Source: Takakia lepidozioides
Taxonomy: Eukaryota > Plantae > Bryophyta
Direction of reading: 5' to 3'
Assembly: GCA_030704615.1 (NCBI GenBank)
Contig: CM060732.1
Location: forward strand, 50,468,001-50,532,000
DNA length: 64,000 bases
How positions within the stretch are numbered: the first letter of the stretch is position 1; the number at the start of each line of letters is the position of its first letter. Positions 23,618-35,689 of the stretch are shown in pieces. Under the pieces are notes generated by a model. The model did not search any database. It had not been told where the DNA came from and worked only from the letters and a program-made list of their open reading frames with translations. Both the position numbers and the translations under genes were made by a program.

Positions 23618-25680
23618 AGAACAAATCCCATCTTCAAAGTGGTGAAAGCGGTTGGCGTCCCATACAAAAAATTGCTCGGCCAACAATCTTTGAGATGAAT
23701 TTGGTGGAGGTGTGGCAGTCACCACACACTCGAAGATTTCTTGATGAGACGGAGAGGCGTCCTAGGGGTCGTGCTGATCAGCCCAAAACCATTGGCCAGC
23801 TTCTCACTGTGGTGGCAAGGAGAAAACTCCTTTTCCTCCTCCCCCATTTCGCAATACAAAGCGCGTGTCAGGCACATACCCCGCCTCCTTCATGTGCCCA
23901 GACAATTTTCTCAGCTCAGCATGGATTTCCTTAATTATGGGATGCAACTTGTCATCTACAATGAATGTGTGCACCCTGTTGCCAACCTCAATGCAGCAGC
24001 GACCTGGCTCCTGGCTCCTTTCTAACCCCTCTGACCTTGATCATTCTTCTCACCTTTGCAGTATCATCCCACCTGCCAGCTGCGTCATAGATGTTTGATA
24101 GCAACACATAAGTCGCGCTATCCTGTTCATCCCACTAGAGGATAGATGTTGCCGCACGTTCAGCCATCTCCACATTGCCATGGATTCTGCAGGCACCAAG
24201 CAAGGCATTCCACACCACAACATCTGGATTTCAGTAGGCCAGTGTGGCTGCATGCAGAGAGAACCATATAAAGGTGATACTGTCCAGCTTCAAGCCTTTC
24301 TTTTGCATTCCTTTAAATAGTTGCAGGACCTCCCTATGACAACCATGTTGGGCATATCCTGCGATCATCGCATTCCACGACACCACATTTCATTCAGCCA
24401 TATTGTCAAATACTCACTTTGCATCCTCACTGCACCCACATTTCACATACATGTCCACCAGGGCAGCGTCTAGAATGACATTTGGTACACTTCCAGCTTT
24501 GATGATGTCACCATGGCGCACCTCTTTGCTGGAACGCCACGGAACGCCATGCATCCATGCCTCCATGGAACGCCATGCTCTGCCAGGCTTGCAAACGCAC
24601 ACAAACATGATGTGGTCGGGCTTCACCCCTTCCCCCGTGCCTCCATCCCGCGCTCCTGCTGTGCATATCCTGCAAGCATGGCGTTCCATGACACCAAATC
24701 TCATTCAGCCATATTGTTGAACACTCCCTCCCACATTTGGCATACATGTCTACGAGGGTATTGTTCATAATCACATCTGGTACAATGCCAGCTTTGGTGA
24801 TGCAACCATGCACCTCTTTGCCCTTTTCCAGGGCTGCCAGGCTTGAACACGCAGTGCAAATGCACACAAACGTGATGTGGTCGGGCTTCACCCCCTCGCA
24901 CATCATTCCAAGGCCTGCATCCCGCGCCCCTGCTGTGCATACCCTGCAAGCATTGAGTTCCATGACACCACATCTCGTTCAGCCATAGTCCTGAAAACTC
25001 CCTTCGAATCCTTAATGCACCCACATTTGGCATACATGTCCACCAGGGCAGTGTTCAGGATGACATCCGGTACAATTCCAGCTTTGACAATGTCACCATG
25101 GACCTCTTTCCCCTTTTCCAGAGCTGCCAGGCTTGCACACACACTGCAAACACAAACAAATGTGATGTGGTCCTTAATGCACCCACATTTGACATACATG
25201 TCCACCAGGGCAGTGTTCAGCATGACACCGGGTACAATTCCAGATTTGCCAATGCAACCATGGACCTCTCTGCACTTTTCCAGGCTGCCAGGCTTGCACA
25301 CGCACTGCACACGCACACAAACATGATGTGGTCGAGCTTCACCCCTTCCCCCATCATTTGCTGATAGGTCTCCAAAGCCCCATCCCGCGCCCCTGCTGTG
25401 CACACCCTGCAAGCATCGCGTTCCACGACACCACATCTCATTCAGCCATAGGTTGAACACTCCCTTGGCATCCTCAATGCTCCCACATTTGGCATACATG
25501 TCCACCAGAGCAGTGTTCAGGATGACATCTGGTACAATTGATGATGTCACCATGGATCTCTTTGCCAGGGCTGCCAGACGCACTGCAAACGCACACAAAC
25601 GTTATGTGGGCGGTTTCACCCCTTCCCCCATCATTTGCTCATAGGTCCATCCTGCACCCCTGCTGTGCATACCCTGCAAA
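23618..25680 (-). pseudogene. Near full-length PLS-PPR-E1-E2-DYW pseudogene
   Basis: PLS repeats 24260-25680; E domain 23950-24235 (EPGRCCIEVGNRVHTFIVDDKLHP); DYW: EAGYVPDTRFVL..EEEKEFSPCHHSEKLANGFGLISTTPRTPLRLIK(fs)[23 protein letters not shown](fs)DANRFHHFEDGICS, truncated before CGDYW. Confidence 0.9.
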
Positions 25681-25684
25681 CAGC

Positions 25685-26010
25685 CTCGGTTGTCCCACCA
25701 TTGACTGGGGTCAGAAAAGTATTCATTTCTCCTCATCTCTGTTACCTCTTTTAGGATACTTTCCTGTTGTCAGTTGGGAGTATCATGTCAAAGTCACTCC
25801 AAACTATCAAAGATTCACTCAACCAGCTAACTTGAAGAATTCAATATGGATATTTAGGGCCGATTCTGATAAGAGGGAAAAACAGGGTGGAACGTGTTGA
25901 AGAAGGTGCCTTCATTAGCAACGCTTTTATCAATTGTGCCGCTGCTGCTGCGGCTTCCACTTCACCATCTACCCATGCAGGTTTCTTGTAGGTAATCATA
26001 GGTAATCTGG
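25685..26010 (-). pseudogene. PDF exons between two PPR gene remnants
   Basis: [22 protein letters not shown], intron, EYFSDPSQWWDNRG fused directly to PPR FAGYAQQG. Confidence 0.85.
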
Positions 26011-26029
26011 AAAACGGCTCCTGGCAAAT

Positions 26030-28372
26030 CACCTTCATCTTCTCAGATAATCTTCTCAGCTCAGCATGGATTTCCTTAATTCTGGGATGCAACTTGCCAT
26101 CTACAATGAAGGTGTGCACCCTGTTGCAAACCTCAATGCAGCAGCGACCTGGCTCCTTTTCAACCCCTCTGACCTTCATCATTCTTCTCACCTTTACAGT
26201 ATCAACCCACCTGCCAGCTACAGCATAGATGTTTGATAGCAACATAAGTCATGGCATCCTGTTCATTCCACTTGAGGATAGATGTTGCCGCACGTTCAAG
26301 TCCACTGCCTCATCCAGTTGTCCCGTACGTCCAAGAAGGTCCACCATGCAGCCAAAGTGCTATATTGTCGGAGTGACACCATGATCTTGAATCAGGGAAT
26401 CGAAGTAGCGTCTTCCTTCATTCAGAAGGCCAGTGTGGCTGCATGCAGAGAGAACACATACTGCTTCAAGCCGTTCTTTTGCATTCCTTCAAATAGTTGT
26501 AGGACCTCCCTATGACAACCATGCTGTGCATATCCTGCGATCATTGCATTCCACGACACCACATCTCATTCAGCCATATTGTCGAACACTCCCTTTGCAT
26601 CCTCCATGCACCCACATTTGGCATACATGTCCACCAGGGCAGTGTTCAGGATCACATCTGGTACAATTCCAGCTCTGACGATGTCGCCATGCACCTCTTC
26701 GCCCTTTTCCAGGGCTGCCAGGCTTGCACACGCACTGCAAACGCACACAAACGTGATGTGGTCAGGCTTCACCCCGTCGCACATCATTTGCTCATAGGTC
26801 TCCAAAGCCTCCATCCCACGTCCTGTGCATACCCTGCAAGCACCGCACTCCACGACACCACACCTCGTTTAGCCATAGTGTCGAACACTCCCTCTGCATC
26901 CTAGATGCACCCACATTTTGCAAACATGTCCACCAGGGTATTGTTCAGAATGACAGCTGGTACAATTCCAGCTCTGAAGATGTCGCCATGGACCTCTTTC
27001 CCTTTTTCCAGAGCTGCCAGGTCAGTGTTTAGAATGACATTTGGTACAATTCCAGCTTTGACGATAACCCCATGCACCTCTTTGCCCTTCTCTAGGGCTG
27101 CCAGGCTTGCACGACGCCACATCTTGTTCAGCCATAGTGGTACAATTCCAGCTCTGAAGATGCCGCCATGGACCTCTTTCCCGGTTTCCAGAGCTGCCAG
27201 GGCAATGTTCAGAATGACGTTTGGTACAATTCCAGCTTTGATGATATCCCCATGCACCTCTTTGCCCTTCTCCAGGGCTGCCAGGCTTGCACAAGCATTG
27301 CAAATGCACACAAACAGGATGTGCTTCCCCCAAATGCGTCCCTGCTGTGCATATCATGCAATCATCACACTCCACAACACCACCTCTCGTTCAGCCATAC
27401 TGTCGAACACTCCCTTGGCATCCTTAATGCATCCACATTTGACATACATGTCCACCAGGGCAGTGTTCAGCATGACACCGGGTACAATTCCAGATTTGAC
27501 GATGCAACCATGGACCTCTTTGCACTTTTCCAGGCTGCCAGGCTTGCACACGCACTGCAAACGCACACAAACATGATGTGGTCGAGCTTCACCCCTTCCC
27601 CCATCATTTGCTGATAGGTCTCCAAAGCCCCATCCCGCGCCCCTGCTGTGCACACCCTGCAAGCATCGCGTTCCACGACACCACATCTCGTTCAGCCATA
27701 GGTTGAACACTCCCTTGGCATCCTCAATGCTCCCACAGTGCTCGATTTTTATGGACAGGAAAGAACCTGCAAATGTACCCAAAGAACACTTCAAAACAAG
27801 TAGCTTGGCAAAGAGAGAGGTTACGATACTAAGCTTCAAATTGAATTGCCCTAACATGAGCAGATGTAATCGCTTTTCAACTACTTTCTGGAACTTCCGA
27901 TGGATAGCTTCCAACATAATTTGAAGATAATGGATTTGACGATGTCACCGCACCTCTTTGCACTTTTCCAGGGCTGCCAGGCTTGCACACACATTGCAAA
28001 TGCAAACAAACGTCATGTGGCTTCACCCCCTTCGCACATCATTTGCTCATAGGTCTCCAAAGCCTTGCTGTGCATATCCTGCAATCATCGCACTCCAGGA
28101 CACCACATCTCGTTCAGCCATACTGTCGAATGACATTTGGTATCTGACACAATTCTGGCTTGATAATGTCAGCATGGATCTCTTTGCCCTTCTCAAGGGC
28201 TGCCACACTGGCACAGACCTTGAGAACCCACCTCCAATGTAGCCTGTAATCATGGAGCATAATACAACATCTCGTTCCGCCATTTTGTAGAACACTTGAC
28301 GCGCATTCTCCATGCCCCCGCATTTGACAAATATGTCAGTGAGGGCAATCTCCAAAATGATATCTGCTGCAA
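26030..28372 (-). pseudogene. PLS-PPR-E2-PG-box pseudogene
   Basis: ORFs 25841..26245 (LLSNIYAVAGRW...KEPGRCCIEV), 26566..26853, 26901..27311 and 28047..28388. Confidence 0.9.
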
Positions 28373-28376
28373 TTTC

Positions 28377-28485
28377 ACCTTCGGTCATTGCTAGAACTAG
28401 GGCTTCGTGTTGCTCCGCACTACTAGCGACGAATTCTGAGAACTAAGTTCAATTTTTCACAAAAAAGGGGTGGGTCATCCCCACA
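28377..28485 (-). mobile_element. Helentron-like junction 3 (one end truncated within the hairpin)
   Basis: ccttcggtcattgctag aa ctagggcttcgtgttgctccgcacta ctagcgacga (28423-28432) attctgagaact. Confidence 0.78.
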
Positions 28486-28847
28486 ATGTTGCATGTAGAG
28501 ATCCCGTGTTTTTTTTTTTCAGGAAGAAAAATGGCGGATCTGCATTTCAATGTTCAATTTTCACAAGCCGCATCAATCAATAACAACATACCCAAATACC
28601 CTTACATTCACTATATGAATTTTCAAGCATCTACCGTGGGATTGGATCTTGGTGGGTTAAGGCTAGCTTTTGACAATATTCATGCAAGTTCGTCAAGGGC
28701 TCCATCCAAAGCCACACCACGAGAAACAAACAAACATGTCCAAATTTAAGATGCTGAACAAACTTGTGCACAGGACTGCCCCTCTTAAAATTCGTATTCA
28801 CTTCCATCTTCAAGCTTTGGAGAAGCTCCACCACCCAAACCCAGAAT

Positions 28848-30835
28848 TATAGCAACACATAAGTCGCGGCATCCTGTTCATCCCACTTGAGGATAGATGT
28901 TGCCACACATTCAGCCATCTCCACATTGCCATGGATTCTGCAGGCACCGAGCAAGACCTTCCACACCACAACATCTGGATTGATTTGCATTTTATTAATC
29001 AAGTACCCTGCCTCATGTAATTGTCCCGCACGTCCAGAAGGTCACCATGCAGCCAAAGTGCTTTACTGACAGGGTGACACCATGATGTTAACTCAGGGAA
29101 TCGAAGTAGCGTCTTCCTTCATTTAGTAGGCCAGTGTGGCTGCATGCAGAGAGAACACATTTAAAGGTGATACTGTCCAGCTTCAAGCCATTCTTTTGCA
29201 TTCCTTCAAATAGTTGCAGGACCTCCCTATGACAACCATGCTGGGCATATCCTGCGATCGTCGGATTCCACAACACCACATTTCATTCAGCCACATTGTC
29301 AAATGCTCCCTTTGCATCCTCAATGCATCCCACATTTCGCATACATGTCCACCAGGGCAGTGTCTAGAATGACATTTGATACAATTCCAGCGTTGATGAT
29401 GTCACCATGCACCCTTTGCCGTTTTCCAGGGTTGCCAGGCTTGCACAAGCATTGCAAATGCACACAAACGTGATGTGGTCGGACTTCACCCCTTACCCAT
29501 CATTTGATCATAGGTATCCAAGGCCTCCATCCCGTGCCCCTGCTGTGCATATCCTGCAAGCATGGCATTCCATGACACCAAATCTCGTTTAACCATACTA
29601 TTGAACACTCTCTCCGCATCCTTGATGCACCCACATTTGGCATACATGTCCACGAGGGTATTGTTCAGAATTACGTCTAGTACAATTCCAGCTTTGGTGA
29701 TGCAACCATGCACCTCTTTGCCATTTTCCAGGGCTGCCAGACTTGCACACGAACTGCAAATGCACACAAACATGATGTGGCTTCACCCCTTCCCCCATCA
29801 TTTGCTCATAGGTCTCTAAAGCCTCCATCCCACGCCCCCGCTATGCATACCCCTGCAAGCATTGCGTTCCACGACACCACATCTCGTTCAGCCATTGTGT
29901 TGAAATTAACTCCCTTCGCATCCTAAATGCACCCACATTTGGCATACATGTCCATCAGGGAAGTGTTCAGGATGACATCAGGTACAATTCCAGCTTTGAC
30001 GATGTCACCATGGACCTCTTTCCCCTTTTCCAGAGCTCCCAGGCTTGCACACGCATTGCAAACACAAACAAATGTGATGTGGTTGGTTTTCACCCCTTCG
30101 CGCATCATTTGCTCATAGGTCTCCAAAGCCTCCATCCCGCACCTTTGCTGTGCATATCTTGCAATCATTGCGCTCCACGACACCACATCTCGTTCAGCCT
30201 GCATATTGTTGAAAACTGCCTTTGCATCCTTATTGCACCCACATTTGGCATACATGTCCACCAGGGCAGTGTTCATAATGACATCTGGTAGAATTCCAGC
30301 TTTGACGATCTCATCATGGACCTCTTTCCCCTTTTCCAGTGCTCCCAGGCTTGCACACGCATTGCAAACGCAAACGAACGTGATGTGGTTGGGCTTCACC
30401 CCTTCGTGCATCATTTGCTCATAGGTCTCCAAAACATTCGTACCACACCCATGCTTGGTAAATCCTGCCAACATTACATTCCACGTTATCAAAGATGGTT
30501 GAGGCATTCTGTTGAACACTTGGTGAGCATCCATGATGCTCCCGCACCTAACATACATGTTGACAAAGGTGTTGAGTAGAAAAACATTTGGCGTAAATCC
30601 ATTTTGGATAATGTGAGTGTGCACCTGCTTTCCAACTTCAAGGCCTTTCATCTTGATGCACTTATGTAAGAGACAGACATACGTATCTGAATCTGCTGAA
30701 ATGCCTCCTTGGTTTAAAGTCTCCTCTTTCAGTCTGTCTGCCTCACAAAGCATCTTCACATGCCCAGAAGTGCCAGAAGAGGCATTGTGGACTCCCTCTC
30801 TTGATCCTTCCAGAAGCCGTGGTCATGGTTGAGGT
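28848..30835 (-). pseudogene. Linker-PLS-PPR-P2/L2/S2-E1 gene remnant; best-preserved PPR ORF
   Basis: ORF 29923..30759 (278 aa; MLCEADRLKE...DTYVCLLHKCIKMKGLEVGKQVHTHII...), 29486..29773, 29088..29279 and E1 at 28850-29050. Confidence 0.92.
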
Positions 30836-31059
30836 GCTTGATGAGATGGAAAAACAGGGTGAAATAGGCCGAAGAAGAAGGTGCCCTCACCACATTGTCC
30901 TTGACCTTGTGTCATGACCCATGGAGGATTTGACCGACCATGAAACACCCAACTCAACTTATCTCACTAGTTTCTATGCTCAATTGCATTTGCTACTCTG
31001 ATAAGAGGGAAAAACAGGTTGAAATGTGTTGAAGAATGCCTAGACTAGCAAAGCCTGAT

Positions 31060-31582
31060 CTGTCAATCTGCCTTCCGCACAAACATGCCCAGAAGTGCTA
31101 GAAGAGGCATTGTGGACTCCCTCTCTTGATCCTCTTTCAGAAGTTGTGGTCATGGTTGAGGTGCCTGATTCTATCAATTGTGCCGCTGCAGCTGCTGCCT
31201 TTAGTTGACCATCTACCCATGCAGTTTTATTGTAGCTATTGATCCACATGGAATCATAGGTCATATGGAGCTTGAAGTCCAGCCCTCTTGGATGAATCTG
31301 TCCACCCACACACTATCCATGCTCCTTAAGCTATCCATGCCTCTGCACAAATCATACATACATCCTTGCCTCGCTACTATCAGCTGATAATGACATATTT
31401 GTTCTAAGAAACACCCAACTCAACTTATCACACTAGTTCATATGCTCAATTGCATCTGCTACTCTCTGTAATCCAACAAGCATTCACCTTTTTGCCTCGA
31501 TTGTCCCACCATTGACTGGGGTCAGAAAAGTATTCATTCCACAACTTCTCCTCGTCTCTGTCACCTGTTTCTACATACTTCC
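31060..31582 (-). pseudogene. Complete intron-split PDF motif plus PPR linker
   Basis: Exon 31488-31582 ag|GKYVETGDRDEEKLWNEYFSDPSQWWDNRGKK|gt; 190-nt intron 31298-31487; exon [72 protein letters not shown]. Confidence 0.88.
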
Positions 31583-31724
31583 CTGTTGTCACATTGGCAG
31601 TATCATGTCAAACTCACTCCAAACAGGAGTGAGCCCTTGGTGTGCCGAATCGCCTCCTTGGTTCACAACGCGCAGCGCCCCTTCAGGCCATTGAAGAAAG
31701 CTTCGGGTCAAGAAAGGTTCTGGG

Positions 31725-31950
31725 TTTTCGGGCAGGCCGGGCAGGTTCGACGAAAATTGATGACGACGAAACGTGGTGACGATGACGAGGCACTATGGCA
31801 CCCTATCCCTGCTCTACGCTAAACTAGCTTCCGACCTTTGGTCGTTGCTAGAATTTAATTAACTGGGGCTTTGCGTTGCTCCACACTACTAGCGACGAAT
31901 TCTGAGAACTACGTTCAGTTTTCACAAAAAGGGGTGGGTCATCCCCATGG
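31725..31950 (-). mobile_element. Helentron-like junction 4, with AT spacer between the two ends
   Basis: gtcgttgctag aatttaattaa ctggggctttgcgttgctccacacta ctagcgacga (31889-31898). Confidence 0.78.
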
Positions 31951-32317
31951 TGTTATATACATACATACCGTATTTCCTTTTTTTTCGGAAGAAGAACGGC
32001 AGAGTGTTGCCGAAGCTATTATATTATTTTTATTTTTCAAAGAAAAGAGGGCCGAAATCCTCCTAGTCCCTCTTCTTGGGCATCCCCAGAGTTTGACAAG
32101 TCTGATATCAATTGGAAGCACATAAAGATTGCCATTAAGACTAAGCTGCATTACCCATAGGTAGACACCTAAGACTTTCAAAAAGAAAAAAAGAAAAACA
32201 TGAAGCTACTTGTCACAAATTAGGCCCCTTCATTATAATGAGGAGGAAATAACCTCTTTGATAAAGTTAAAGGTAAATTTTCTTTGATGTCCAATGAACA
32301 CAGCCCATCGAGGGGCT

Positions 32318-33115
32318 AAACCAACCACTTCTGACGTGTCACAGTGGTAAACTGACGTGTCATAGTGGTAAAGTAACCACTTCCGTTTTTCAGTTGACAT
32401 GTGGAAGTCGGTGGTCCGTGGATGATATTGGAGATTATGTTGACTCGTGGCGACACTCTCAGCATAGACACGTGTCCTGTGTCGGTGCTACGAAATGGAC
32501 GGAGTGAAAAATTCAATGACTTCCGAAACCACTTGTTGAGTGATCGCAAAATGACTCACGGAGTCATTCTATGAAAACTGAGAATATACAATATCACTCA
32601 AACCGTGGTTATGTGAGTGGATGACGTCTCTCAACATGTCATTGGAATTATTACCCACATAGTGGTATGTAAGTTGTTTGAATCATCCATGGTGTCTCTC
32701 TGAGTGGGAACTATGGATTGGGAATGATTACTAACAGAGTGGTGTGTAAGTGATTAGGAATACCACTGGAGGAATTCATACCACTAATATAGCAATATAT
32801 AGGTGATTATTTATACCACTACATGAGTGGTAATGGAGGCAATTGTGTGTATTTGGCTACTCTTACAGTTTTAAATTATACCACTATTACAGTGTCATGC
32901 AAGGAATAAGACTAGAGGAACACATACCACTAGTGTAGTGAAAGAAGTACCATTGGGGATTCAAGCTCCACAAAATAAAATATAATCCCAGAGAGTATGT
33001 GCTGGAACATTGTCAATAAAATCCAACCATGATAAAAGTCCGAGCCTAACTTCTACACGGTGTCTCCGCATGCATGCTAGGAACACTGAACTACTTTCCT
33101 GATTTCTTCTCATTG
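32318..33115. mobile_element. Degenerate non-autonomous CACTA-like remnant
   Basis: Dense accact/agtggt subterminal repeats; colinear with 39080-40069. Confidence 0.6.
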
Positions 33116-33169
33116 CCAACAATGTCTACGCCCGGGCGAACGAAATTGTAAGCCCTCTTCATGTTTTTC

Positions 33170-34118
33170 TCAGGGCTGCCAGGCTCACATTTGATGTAGA
33201 TGTATACCAGGGGAATGTTCATAATGACATCTGGTACAATTCCAGCTTTGATAATGTCACCATGAACCTCTTTGCCGCTTCCCAGGGCTACTAGGCTCCC
33301 ATATGCATATTACAAACACAAATGAACATGACATGGTCTTGCTTCATCCCTTCCCACATCATTTGCTCATAGGTTTCCAAAGCCTTAATCCCATACCCAT
33401 GCTACACATACCTTGCAATCATGGCACTCCAAAACACCACATCTCGTTCAGCCACCTCTCTTGATCCTTTTTCAGAAGCTATGGTCACGGTTGAGGTGCC
33501 TGATTTTATCAACTGTGTCGCTGCAGCTGCTACCTTTAGTTGACCATCTACCCATGCAGCAGGTTTCTTGTAGCTATTGATCCACATGGAATCATAGGTA
33601 ATCTGGAGCTTGAAGTCCGGCCCTCTTGGATGAATCTGGACCCAGACTCTATCCCTGCTCCTTCAGCTATCCATGCCGCTGCACAAATCATGCATACATC
33701 TTTGTCTTGCTACTAGCACCTGAACAGCCTAGATTTGTTCTAGGAAACACCCACTCAATTTATCACTATGGTCAATTGCATCTGCTACTCTTTGTATTCC
33801 AACAGGCATTCACATTTTTGACTCGATTGTCCCACCATTGACTGGGATCAGAAAAGTATTCATTCCACAACTTCTCCTCGTCTTAGCTGTTACCTGTTTC
33901 TGGATACTTCCCTGTTGTCACATTGGCAGTACCATGTCAAATTCACACCAAACTATCAAAGGTTCACTCAACCAGCTAACTTGCAGAATTCAACATGAAA
34001 ATTTAGGACCAATTCTGATAAGAGGGAAAAAAATGTGTTGAAGAAGGTGCTTTCATTAGCAGTGCCTGATTTTATCAATTGTACCGCTGCTGCTGCGGCT
34101 TCTAGTTGACCATCTACC
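33170..34118 (-). pseudogene. Two tandem PDF units, linker and deleted PPR
   Basis: [18 protein letters not shown], intron, EEKLWNEYFSDPSQWWDNRVK (33814-33911), intron, IHPRGPDFKLQITYDSMWINSYKKPAAWVDGQL...SEKGSRE|VAERDVVFWSAMIARY. Confidence 0.87.
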
Positions 34119-34538
34119 CAAAGCTATGGGGACTCCACCCCACAACATCCTACTCTCCCTCCATAAGTACACTCAGAGCTAAGCAGCGAGAGAGCTCGGT
34201 CGTGCAGGCTCAACTCAAGAGAGATGAGCCGCACGACTGACGCTCTCGTGAAGATAAGATGGTTCGGGTGTCAAGCTAAACTTGACACCTGACTTAACAC
34301 TTGAACTAAATCCAAGTGTTAAATACAAATAACTAGATTTATTCTAGTTAGTTTCACACTGTGTTTATTTAACTTGACAATTTCTTTGGAACCTGCCCAA
34401 AATGCCCGAAATGTGTCTTGCAGCACGGGGAAGGGATGATGATGTCCCCGTATCCTGCATTGTCCCCGAAGAGTTCTTCGAAGACAGATACCTATCGAGG
34501 GCCTAAGTCTTGCGAAGCTGCAAGCAAAGGTAGGAAAG

Positions 34539-34958
34539 ATGATGGAGGATGCGGGTGTGAGAAAGGAGTCAAGGCACAGCTGCATTGAGGTGGAGAACCA
34601 GGTGCATGCGTTTTGTGTAGATGACAAATCACATCCACAAATTGAGAAAATCCATGCTAAGCGGAGGAGATTGTCTTTGCATTTAAGGGAGGTGGATAGG
34701 TGCCGAACACACGCTTTGTTGCATGATGAGGAGGAGGAGACAAAGGAAATTTCTCTTTGCCACGACAACAAAAAACTGGCCATTTCCTTTGGGCTAGTGA
34801 GCACTTCCCCTGGGACGCCGCTCTACATCACCAAAAATCTTCCAGTTTGTGGTGACTGCCAGACTGTCACCAAGTTCATCTCAAAGATTGTTGCACGGGA
34901 CACAAACCGCTTTCACCACTTCCGAGATGGGGTTTGTTCTTGTGGGGATTACTGGTGA
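34539..34958 (+). pseudogene. E2/PG-box-DYW domain ORF with mutated HxE
   Basis: [13 protein letters not shown]...[14 protein letters not shown]...[10 protein letters not shown]...[20 protein letters not shown]; catalytic Glu lost. Confidence 0.93.
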
Positions 34959-35689
34959 AACACCAGTCTGGCTAGCAGAAGTGTGAGGGGGAGTTGAGAC
35001 TAGAGGGAAGAATTTGACTCCATGGTAGGCCCAAAGTTAAGTGACAAGCAGCTTGTGGCACTAGAGAGGAGAACTGCGGACCTTGGCTTTATCATGTCCA
35101 GGGGAGGCTTGAGAAAAAGTGACACACAGAGTCAGAGAGCGTACTCAAAAAAAGCCCGTCGTGACAGTGATCAAGAGCTCTCCCGTACATCGCCATGCGT
35201 TCAAAGGCAGGTTGGGCATGAGCAAACAATATATATAGATCATGACTGAGCTAGAGGAAAATCTTGCTGCGTGGGCAGGATTGTTGTCCCTTCTTGGCAA
35301 TTTTTTTACCATTACTGGGTCATCAAAATCGTCCTAATTCGAAGATCCTGAGTTCACATATAATGAGATTTGCCCTGTTTTATGATTACCGTCACATGTG
35401 TGCATTGCAATTTCTTGTTTTCCGGGTATAGCATACATTTTGGTGATTACTGAACACTCTGTCAGGTTTATGTATGTTGCCAAAGTAACCAAGATGGCCT
35501 TCCAAATCATAGGTTAGCTTGCAGGTTGTATCTATGAGTGGCCAAGCATTGTGGGTGTCAATCAATTTGTCGTTGATGTGAACTAAGCGCACTTTTCTCC
35601 ACATAACAAGAGCCAGAGATATTACCTGAGCCCATGTGACCCTAATTCTTTGTTTGAAACTGTTTGTTGTCCCTTAAAATTGTTTGTTT

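Noticed and set aside
26905-27576. Recurrent antisense ORFs (MHPHLAYMSTRAVFRMTSGTIPAL...)
   Set aside because: They are reverse-frame shadows of PPR repeats.
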